The notes under the pieces were generated by a model. The model was given only the letters and a program-made list of their open reading frames with translations, was not told where the DNA came from and did no database searches. The translations under genes were made by a program, and so were the position numbers. DNA of 64,000 nucleotides from Octopus vulgaris (taxonomy: Eukaryota): contig OX597834.1 of assembly GCA_951406725.2 (NCBI GenBank), positions 29,140,001-29,204,000 of the forward strand. The letters run 5' to 3'. Position 1 is the stretch's first letter, and each line of letters begins with the position of its first letter. Of the stretch, positions 54,224-64,000 are shown piece by piece.

Positions 54224-54253
54224 ATGTATGTGTGTGTGTGTATGTATGTATGT
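53677..54253. repeat. Compound (TATG)n/(TG)n microsatellite
   Basis: Direct inspection. Confidence 0.95.
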
Positions 54254-54539
54254 AATGTATCTTTGATATGTACATGTATATGTTTGTATATACATTTGTC
54301 TGCTTTCATGTATGTATGTGTATATATATATGCATTTGAGTATATATATAGTCTTAGCCCCAGGTTATCATTTAACAATAAGACTTATTGTCAAATATGT
54401 TCCACTCATGACCATCCCATCTTATAAAAAGACATGGCATGTCTAAGACTACAGTATCCAATGTTCTTCCATGATGTTGTTTAGCCCAGGTCATTGCTAA
54501 ACCATTAGGTGTTTGATCAGAAGTAGTCTGGCTATGGCT

Positions 54540-54620
54540 ATCAATACCAATCAATACCAATCAATGCCAATACCAATCAATACCAATCAATACCAATCAA
54601 TACCAATCAGTAACAATCAG
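54540..54620. repeat. 10-bp tandem repeat (TACCAATCAA)n
   Basis: About 7 units. Confidence 0.85.
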
Positions 54621-54659
54621 TCAGTCAGTCTGCCTGCCTGTCTGTCTTGATATATATAT

Positions 54660-55053
54660 CAAGACCTGTTGAGAAGACCTTTTGAGTCAAGTAAAAGCAA
54701 AATCATAGTTGTGGCCAGTGACCCCTGGCTGGCCCCTGTGCCAGTGGCATGTAAAATGCACAATCCAAACGTGGTTGATTCCAGTGCCCCCTGAATGGCT
54801 CTTGTGCTGGTGGCAAGCAAAAAGCACCCTCTGAGCATAACCGATCCCAGTGCCCCCTGACTGGCTTCCATGCTGGTGGCACATGGAATGCACCCACAAC
54901 ACTCTCAGGTTGGCATTAGGAAGGGCATCCAGCAATAGAAACACAGTCAGATCTGATTGGAGTTCGGTGCAGCAGCTGGCTTCCCAGACCTCAGTCAAAC
55001 TGTCCAACCCATGCCAGCATGGAAAGCGGATGTTAAACGATGATGATGATGAT
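54660..55053 (+). mobile_element. Family E
   Basis: Tandem units followed by the tail. Confidence 0.8.
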
Positions 55054-55056
55054 GTG

Positions 55057-55090
<34 letters not shown>

Positions 55091-55179
55091 TATAGATAGA
55101 TCGATAAAGATATACTATACATACATATCTATACATATATATCACCATCATCATAATATATATATATATATATATGTGT

Positions 55180-55405
55180 GTGTGTATGTGTTTGTGTGTC
55201 TGTGTTTGTCCCTCTAGCATTGCTTGACAACCGATGCTGGTGTGTTTACGTCCCCGTCACTTAGCGGTTCGGCAAAATAGACTGATAGAATAAGTACTGG
55301 GCTTACAAAGAATAAGTCCTGGGGTCGATTTGCTCGACTAAAGACGGTGCTCCAGCATGGCTGCAGTCAAATGACTGAAACAAGTAAAAGAGTAAAAGAG
55401 TAAAG
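55180..55405 (+). mobile_element. SINE family A, 3' half only
   Basis: Matches about 40850-41050. Confidence 0.85.
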
Positions 55406-55489
55406 AGAGTATATATATACACACACACACACATAGATAGATAGATAAAGATATACTATACATACATATCTATACATATATATCACCAT

Positions 55490-55530
<41 letters not shown>

Positions 55531-56261
55531 TATATATGTGGGTGTGAGGGTGTGTTGTGCATGTTTGTTAGTCTGTGTGTACTTAAGTGTACGTTGCGCA
55601 CATGTGAGTGTGTGTGTGTCTGTCTCTGTGTGTCTGTCTGTCTGTCTGTCTGCATCACATATTTGTATTTTGTGCATACAAAACCCACAGACACCCCGAC
55701 ACAATTGTAAGAAGTGAAAGGGTAGAAATCCCAAGAAAATTATAAACCCCCATTGCCACCAGCAGCACAACAACAACAGCAACAACAACAACAACAACAA
55801 CAACAACACTGAAGGAAACTAAAAACAAAAGGACAGAAATGTACGACATAATTAGAATAAAAGGTAAAAGAGAAAAGAAACAACAAGAAGGAAATAGTTG
55901 AGGTGGTGGTGGTGGTGGTGGTGGTGGTGGTGGCGGTCCAAGGTAAATTATACGAGAGAGAATGGGGTGGAGGGAATGAACTCTGCAGGTAAGAGATGAA
56001 TGGGTAGAAGGGTGTATGAACTGGTGGGGAGGGGTGTAGCAGTGTTAGAATCAGTGGTGGTGATGGGAGTAGTAACAGTGATGGTGGTGGTGGTGGTGGT
56101 GGTGGTGATGGAGTAGGGAGGGGTCCAGTTTGTACATAACAAAGTTGTGATGACATGTTGTCTAATTGCCCGTTATTCAGTCTTCAATTAATCAGCCATC
56201 ATTATATCATACTCATTGTGTCATCAGCTTTCTGGTAGTAGTGGTAGTGGTGGCGATAGTG

Positions 56262-56620
56262 GAGGTGGTTATGTGGTGGGATGGTGGTGGTGGTGGTGGT
56301 GTTAGTGGTTATGTGGCGGGATGGTGGTGGTGGTGGTGTTAGTGGTTATGTGGTAGGATGGTGGTGGTGGTGGTTAGTGTTAGTGGTTATGTGGTGGGAT
56401 GGTGGTGGTGGTGGTGTTAGTGGTTATGTGGTGGGATAGTGGTGGTGGTGGTGGTGTTAGTGGTTATGTGGTGGGATGGTGGTGGTGGTGGTGGTGTTAG
56501 TGGTTATGTGGTGGGATAGTGGTGGTGGTGGTGGTGTTAGTGGTTATGTGGTGGGATAGTGGTGGTGGTGGTGTTAGTGGTTATGTGGTGGGATGGTGGT
56601 GGTGGTGGTGGTGGTGGTGT
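56262..56620. repeat. ~33-42 bp G-rich minisatellite (GTTAGTGGTTATGTGGTGGGAT(GGT)n)
   Basis: About 9 tandem units. Confidence 0.92.
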
Positions 56621-57082
56621 TGGTTGTGGTGATGGTGGTTGTCATTGGAGGGAATCTTTTGCTTCGTTTGTATATCAAGCATCTTCATGCAGCACTGTCA
56701 TCACCACCAGTTTATCCATCATCATCATCATCATCTTCATCATCACCATCATCAACATCATCCTAATCCTGATCGTGATCATCATCACTTCACGGCAAAT
56801 ACATGAAGTCATCATTTGAGACCCAGAATATCTTCTGCTGGGTATTGAACTCAACACTACAAGCAACCAAAGGAACACTCATCGGTTTCACAGCACAACT
56901 GTTGCTAGAAATAACAGCTAAATTTCCTCCTGAACACCCACCCCCAACCAAAAATCATACCCTACCATTTTAAGTGAGCAAGAGGGATACAGTAAATAAT
57001 AAAGTCCAGCATGTACCACTGAAAAGGTAGGATGGCTATGGTTGGAATGCTCCTTGTTTTGTCATTGCCCAACAGTTACTCT

Positions 57083-57303
57083 TTTCTCTTTTACTTGTTT
57101 CAGTCATTTGACTGCGGCCATGCTGGAGCATCGCCTGTAGTCGAGCAAATCGACCCCGGGACTTATTCTTTGTAAGCCCAGTACTTATTCTATCGGTCTC
57201 TTTTGCTGAACCGCTAGGTGGTGGGGACGTAAATACACCTGCATCGGTTGTCAAGCAATGCTAGGGGGACAAACACAGACACACAAACATATACACACAC
57301 ACT

Positions 57304-57335
<32 letters not shown>

Positions 57336-57501
57336 TACGACAGGCTTCTTTCAATTTCCTTCTACCAAATCCACTCACAAGGCTTTGGTCGGCCCGGGGC
57401 TATAGCAGAAGACACTTGCCCAAGATGCCACGCAGTGGGACTGAACCTGGAACCATGCGGTTGGTTAGCAAGCTACTTACCACACAGCCACTCCTGCGCC
57501 T
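57083..57501 (-). mobile_element. SINE family A, full length
   Basis: Collinear with 46450-46846. Confidence 0.88.
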
Positions 57502-57716
57502 GAATGAGTTGTGAATGAGAGTCATACAAGCGATATAATTCATTTACAATTTTTTGTGAAGACATGTCCAGTTTTGGAGAAATATTAATTTGCTTTGAAA
57601 CAGATGATGGTTGGTGAGAGGAAGGGCATCAGGCCACAGAAAATCTGCCCCGACAAAGTCCATCCGACTCAGGTAAGCAAGAACAAGACAATGAAGATGA
57701 TGATGTTAAGTGCTAA

Positions 57717-58230
57717 TCTATATATATAAAACTGTAGTTGTGTGAGTGTCTGTCTCCTACGATTTAGATTCCTAACTCCTCCCACATTTTGCGGTGCAGT
57801 TTAACCAAAAGCGGGTATCTTATAGTCGTGATTCATATCGAGCCCGTCTGGGTATTAGCGCGCGTCTACGATGAGTCTACGATTTTAAAAATAATTTACC
57901 ATCATTTTTTATTCCATTTTAAATGCATAATTTTTCGTGTGTCGATGGCGGCGGAGTTGGCGTCCATGGTCACACCTGCACCTGTTTGCTTCTCCCCCTT
58001 CTTCCCTCCCTCGTGAAGCTGTGGGGAAGGGAGTGTAAGGAAATCAACATCGTAAAGCGTTGTCAAGGAGACCAGCGTTCTTTTAGAACAACGACTTCAT
58101 GGCTTGAAGACACCAAAACAGAAATGGCTAAGAAAGCCCGAATTGGCATCTATAAGGGAAGTAACTCTCTAAAAATGCTTATATAGTTATTTCCCTTACA
58201 AACCCGAGCAACGCCGGGCGATACTGCTAG
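57717..58230 (+). mobile_element. Non-autonomous Helitron, copy 1
   Basis: A|TC 5' end (TCTATATATATAAAA), subterminal GC hairpin CCCGAGCAACGCCGGG, and CTAG 3' end. Confidence 0.85.
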
Positions 58231-58530
58231 TCTTTATATATAAAAGTGAAGTTGTGTGTCTGTCTCCTACGATTTAGATTCCTAACTACTCCCACATTTT
58301 GCGGTGCAGTTTAACCAAAAGCGGGTATCTTATAGTCGTGATTCATATCGAGCCCTTCTGAGTATTAGTGTGCGTCTACGATGAGTCTACGATTTTTAAA
58401 AAAAATTACCATAATTTTTTCCCATTTTTAATGCATTTTTTTCGCTATTATATAAGGGAAGTAACTCTCTAAAAATGCTTATATAGTTATTTCCCTTACA
58501 AACCCGAGCAACGCCGGGCGATACTGCTAC
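58231..58530 (+). mobile_element. Non-autonomous Helitron, copy 2 (tandem, shorter)
   Basis: Starts TC immediately after the CTAG of copy 1; identical 3' ~80 bp; ends CTAC|T. Confidence 0.82.
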
Positions 58531-58637
58531 TATATTATACACAGGAAACTAAAAGATTCTGTTAAAGGTTTCAGCCACAGGGTATGGCCATACTAGGGCA
58601 GTGCCAAATTATTTAGTTATGCTAGTTATGCCTGTAG

Positions 58638-58915
58638 TCATCATCATCATCATCGTCATTTAACGTCCGCTTTCCATGCTAGCATGGGTTGGACGGTTTG
58701 ACTGTGGGCTGGTGAACCAGATGGCTACACCAGGCTCCAATCTTGATCTGGCAGAGTTTCTACAGCTGGATGCCCTTCCTAACGCCAACCACTCCGAGAG
58801 TGTAGTGGGTGCTTTTATGTGCCACCAGCACGGGGGCCAGTCAGGCGGTACTGGCAACGACCTCACTCGAATCTTTTACACATGCCAACGGCACAGGTGC
58901 CAATAAGGCAATGCT
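58638..58915 (-). mobile_element. Family E
   Basis: Reverse complement of the conserved tail with (CAT)n. Confidence 0.82.
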
Positions 58916-60152
58916 GAATCCATATCTTAATGATAAATTCTGGTCAAAAAAGGTAAGGGAGACAATTAAATTCAAATTAATCAAATAAAGTTAATGAAAC
59001 AAGATGCAGTGAAGTGGAGGGAGAGAGAGTAAGCTAGAGTTTTAGTTAAATACAGAGAGATCTTCATTTAAAATTGAGTTAATTGTTAGCATAAGAATGA
59101 TTTTTTAATCATGATCAGTGTAATTTCTAATTAATTAAAATTACTTGGTTTCAATACATTAACTATATCAACAGTCACAGGAAGAGGATGGTGATGATGG
59201 CGATAATGGTGGATGTGAAGGTGGTGATGGTGCTGGTGATAGGGACAGTAGTGGTGTTGGTAGTGAGGATGATGGTGGTGTTGTTGATGATGAAGATGAT
59301 GGTTATGACGATGGTGCTGGTGGTGGTGGTGGTGGTGATGGGGTGATTGTGATGGTGATGGCAATGTTAGTGATTACAGAATCATAAAGAAGAAAAAAGA
59401 TGGAGGAGGAGGAGGAGGAGGAGGAGGAAGAGAATGGGAAGAAGAAGAAGAAGAAGAAGAAGAAGAAGAACAACAACAACAACACAATGACGATGACAAA
59501 ATGAAACAAAAGAGTGTAGTCATTTCAAAAATGAAAAGAATAAGAAGAATACAGTTTGAAGAAAATGTTGTTTCATAACTCTGCCTTTCTGCATGCTTAC
59601 AGCAGCAGTTTTATAAAAGAAATGCTATGCTGTGCCCTTGTTAAGCCTATTCTTCTAACAGTAATGGCTCCATAGGTAGCTTTTATGCAAAGAGCTCCAG
59701 AGAGCAAAACGGTGAGGGTAGAAAATATGGGAAAAAATGAAATTATTTTGAAAGAGAATTGAATGAAATGTTTAAATAATAATAATAATTAAATAATTCA
59801 ATGGAAATTTTCTTTGAAAAATTCATAGGAGACACAGATAAATTAATGTATACAAAATGAGAATAATCAAAAGCCAGACATGTGGATGTGTGTATATATA
59901 TAAAGAGAGAGAAACACAAATATGCTTACACACAGACATAGAAACATGTATTTACACACTTCAGAATAAGTTCATCCGGTAGCAATATATATATATATCT
60001 TCTGGTACTTTGCAGGTTTCCTGAAAGTAAGTCATTAATACCACATAGACAAGCATATAGAAAAGCATTTATGTATATACACACCTACACATACCCAAAT
60101 ACACACATACATACATTGTGTGTGTGCATATACATAGATACATACACACATT

Positions 60153-60198
<46 letters not shown>

Positions 60199-60299
60199 CT
60201 GTCTATACAAAAAATATGTGTGTATACACACACATACATATATACATTCATAATGACAAACCATAAGCCTCATGAGAGCATGTCACTTTGCTAAATTAA

Positions 60300-60483
60300 T
60301 TTACAATTGTTTCATCTGAATTTGATTTCATCAATCTTATCATATTATGCAATAATACATGACTATTGGCTATTATTGATTATATGTGTCATTTCCATGG
60401 TACTTGAAGAGTAATCTATAGTTGCATGTATTATTCCATGAGGTAAAATTGATGGCATTGCATTCAGATGAAACAATTGTAAA
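60300..60483 (+). other. Long interrupted hairpin / inverted repeat
   Basis: Perfect 22-bp outer helix 60300-60321/60462-60483, CATCAAT/ATTGATG, and 11-bp AATAATACATG/CATGTATTATT, all nested. Confidence 0.7.
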
Positions 60484-61084
60484 CTGGTGGAATAAAAACC
60501 TTGTCATTCCATTCTTCGTGTGTGTCATTTTTGTAAGACAATCAAAAAGTGGAAGAAAGAGCAAATAACAAGACTTGTTTAAACTGGATAGACATCAACT
60601 TGCCAGAAAGTGACACACGCACTTAGTTTCATGCCCTTCCATGGATTTTCAGACATTTGCTTCACAGAACATGCAGTCTCCAGATTACTATCTTATCTGA
60701 TAGCCAATACCTGTGGATGAGCCTAAACAAGGTCAACTCCAGGGTTAATACTTCATATTGGTCAGCCACATGCCACACGGTCCTGGGGCAGGAGGTAGTT
60801 CCCATCTTGTAGAGATGAGGAGAGACTGGATCACTCCGTTGAAAAGTTGCCTGGGACAACCTGAGAAAATATTGACAAAAGGTGGATGCAGCGATGCACT
60901 AGAAGGGTGCATGACCCCTAACCCAGATCTGACCTGAACATGAAAACATCTCAGTCCATGGGAAAATATTACTTTGCTTGGAAACAGGCTAGCGTTTATG
61001 ACAGGAAAGGCATCCAGCCATAAGATATGTCTCAACAAATTCTGTCTGATCTATGCAACCATGTATGCATGTATACACATATAT

Positions 61085-61316
61085 ATTTCTTTACTACCCA
61101 CAAGGGGCTAAACACAGAGGGGACAAACAAGGACAGACAAAGGGATTAAGTCGACTACATCGACCCCAGTGTGTAACTGGTACTTAATTTATCGACCCCG
61201 AAAGGATGAAAGGCAAAGTCGACCTCGGCGGAATTTGAACTCGGAACGTAACGACAGACGAAATACGGCTACGAATTTCGCCCGGCGTGCTAACGTTTCT
61301 ACCAGCTCGCCACCTT
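61085..61316 (-). mobile_element. SINE family B
   Basis: Matches the other copies. Confidence 0.88.
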
Positions 61317-61630
61317 GTATACACATATATGTGTCTACGTATCCTCACAGAATCCATTCAGAGATGAAAGAAAATACAGAAGCGCTTTAAAAACAACAAA
61401 AAAAAAAGACAAGTTCCAAGTAAAATCAACAGAAACTAAACGCGAGGGAGACGATGTTAAGAGAAAATAACAAAAGACAAAGTCAATAATTGGCGAGGAA
61501 GGAAATAATTAGCTGATGAAATGAAGCTTAAATTGTGCAGCAGACCATGATATAGGGTATGTATAGGATACGTGATATGTGTATATAAATATATATAAAT
61601 GTTTATAGATATGTATATGTATTGATACAG

Positions 61631-61712
<82 letters not shown>

Positions 61713-61761
61713 AGATAGATAGATATGTATATTTATATGTGTATATCTAGCTAGCTATTTA

Positions 61762-61822
<61 letters not shown>

Positions 61823-62069
61823 ACGTGTGAATTAACAGCTCTTTAGTGTTTATTGCGTTCTGACATTGTTCTATTGAAGTTGACAAGCCCTGACAGCTCA
61901 CCTGTGCTCTTCAATAACTGGTTGGTGACATTTATTGAACACTAAATATTGGCTTACAAACCCCAACACTGACACACACACGCACACACACATTCATATA
62001 TATGTGTGTGTGTGTGCATGTGTGTGCATGTGGCCAACTTTGTCTTCCATCCTTTTAGAGTTGATAGCC

Positions 62070-62350
62070 TCGGGCCGTTGCCAGCCTCGTCTGGCCCGCG
62101 TGCCAGTGGCACATAAAAAGCACCATCCAATCATGGCCGTTTTGCCAGCCTTGTCTGGCACCTGTGCAGGTGGCACGTAAAAAGCACCCACTACACTCAC
62201 GGCGTGGTTGGCGTTAGGAAGGGCATCCAGCCGTAGAAACACTGCTCGATCAGACTGGGCCTGGCACAGCCTTCTGGCTTCCCAGACCCCGATTGAACCG
62301 TCCAACCCATGCTAGCATGGAAAACGGACGTTAAACGATGATGATGATGA
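62070..62350 (+). mobile_element. Family E
   Basis: Tandem units, tail and (GAT)n. Confidence 0.82.
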
Positions 62351-62613
62351 AATTTGAGTATCAGTCAAATAGTAGGGCTGGTGTTATTGACCAGACCTTC
62401 TCTATGCAACAGTGAACCTGGTACCAAAATCTGAATCTCTTATTAACTTTACATTTTGAGTTGCTTTTCTGTTGGGCTGAACTTAGCTTCATCATCATCA
62501 TCATTATCATCACTATCACAATCATTATCTTCATCATTCTAGCAGCTACACTTTCAGCACACCCTCCCCTGCTACTGACTTGGTCATCTAGGTAATGGAA
62601 GCTATCAACTACT

Positions 62614-63550
62614 TCAAGTTTTTCTCCCTGGAAACTTCTCCTCTAGTTCTGATAGTGACTCAGCAATTAGAGCAAGGTCGTCAGCAGAGAGGAGCTCCCA
62701 GGGGTATCCTGTCTTGAATTCCTCTGTTATTGCCTGAAGGACTATGATAAATAGGAGGGAGCTGAGGACTGAACCTTGGCGGACCCCTGCCTCTACCCAG
62801 AATTCTTCACTGTACTCGTTGCCAACCCTCACCTTACTGACAGCATCCCTGTATGTGGCTTGCACAGTTCTCACTAACCATTCACCTATCCCTAGTTTCC
62901 TCATTGACCACAAGATAAGTGATCGGGGGACCCTGTCAAAGTCTTTCTCCATATCAACAAAAGCCAGGTACAGAGGTTTATCTTTGGCTAGGTATTTCTC
63001 CTGCAGCTGTCTTATCAGAAATATAGCATCAGTGATGCTTTTTCCTGGCACGAACCCAAACTGCATCTCATCTAAACTGATTCTCTCCCTAATTAGTTGG
63101 GCTATGACCCTCTCCATGACCTTCATTATCTGATCCAACAACTTGATACCTCTGTAATTATTTGTATCTAAAGTGTCACCTTTATCTTTGTTGCAGTTGA
63201 CTATGGTGCTGCTACACCAGTCATTGGGTATGACACCTTCATGTATCACCTGGTTAACTATACAGGTGACTAGGCTATAGCTAACACCACCAGATATTTT
63301 GAGCATCTCTGCAGTGATTCCTGATGGGCCAAGGGCTTTCCCTGTCTTCATATTCTTAATTGCTTTATCTACCAAGGTACTGTCAATTCGGATAGCTGGT
63401 CCCTCTGTTGGGTTGACATTCGGCAGACTCTCTTTCTCTCATTCATTCTGTTTATTGAGCAACCTTTCATAGTGGTGTCTCCAAACCTCTCTCTTTGCAG
63501 CCTCGTTTAGTGCAAGTGAACCATCATCCATGCGGACAAATTTCTCTCGT
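62614..63550 (-). mobile_element. RTE-clade LINE reverse transcriptase fragment
   Basis: KAIKNMKTGKALGPSGITAEMLK...NYRGIKLL...QFGFVPGKSITDAIF...AFVDMEKDFDRV...GVRQGSVLS..LF...LLSADDL (YADD decayed to SADD); truncated at both ends. Confidence 0.95.
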
Positions 63551-63579
63551 ACGCCATCACGATTCTATGATGATGATGT

Positions 63580-64000
63580 TTATTATTATTGAGTGAGAGA
63601 GTAATGCATGCCATTAAGTGACCCTGAAGTACAAATACTTGAAGCCCAATATACCCAACATGACTACCCATCTGATAAGGGTATACCAGGCATATGTATC
63701 ACAACCATATGTGCACGACATGGTGATCTCATATCAAGATAAACAGGGCATGACTTTACAGGTTGGGCCCAGTTAGAATTTTCTTAGGTTGAGTAGCCCA
63801 TCCCACTCAAAAGGTCCCTGAATAAGGGTTGTTTAAGGATGTTGAACGAAACACCCATGTTTCCTGAGATGAATTATTCAAACCCCAAAGAATTTCTCTC
63901 AACACATGGCTATGATGCTCCCCCACTACTTCTGCTTGTGATCAGCAATGCACATAACGTCAACCACTAAAGGACATGCTCAACTAGTTAAGGTCAAACA
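63580..64000 (-). mobile_element. LINE 3' UTR ending in (TAA)n, runs off the window
   Basis: Minus strand ends ...CTCTCTCACTCAATAATAATAA; second fragment at 11035-11166. Confidence 0.6.

Noticed and set aside
53622-54427. His/Thr/Tyr and Val/Cys/Met ORFs over 200 aa
   Set aside because: Translations of (TATG)n/(TG)n microsatellite.
56262-56620. Regularly spaced repeats resembling a CRISPR array
   Set aside because: The spacers are just variable (GGT)n, not unique sequence; this is a minisatellite.
62614-63375. Active or domesticated reverse transcriptase gene
   Set aside because: Truncated at both ends, YADD altered to SADD and other conserved residues decayed; an ordinary RTE relic.

Overview
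This is AT-rich, extremely repeat-dense eukaryotic DNA with no intact protein-coding gene. The repeat content (several tRNA-headed SINE families, RTE, CR1-like and R4/Dong-like LINE fragments, a mariner relic, MITEs, Helitrons, and dense (TA)n, (CA)n, (GATA)n, (CAT)n and (TAA)n microsatellites) looks like an octopus/coleoid cephalopod intron or intergenic region; that assignment is from recognition, not a search. Nearly all long ORFs are microsatellite artefacts, and the real protein similarity is limited to decayed transposon ORFs. Two layers stand out. (1) About a dozen minimal type-I hammerhead-ribozyme-like motifs from roughly five repeat lineages, several in (TA)n-embedded, Penelope-like inverted structures, most with variant or decayed cores. 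(2) Long interrupted hairpins in the non-repetitive islands (clearest at 35856-35982 and 60300-60483); the first has 7 G-U wobbles and no A-C mismatch on the + strand, suggesting selection on RNA structure (miRNA/hpRNA precursor or ADAR substrate). One candidate 38-nt + strand exon lies at 30877-30914. All folds were paired by eye, and coordinates of degenerate repeats are approximate.
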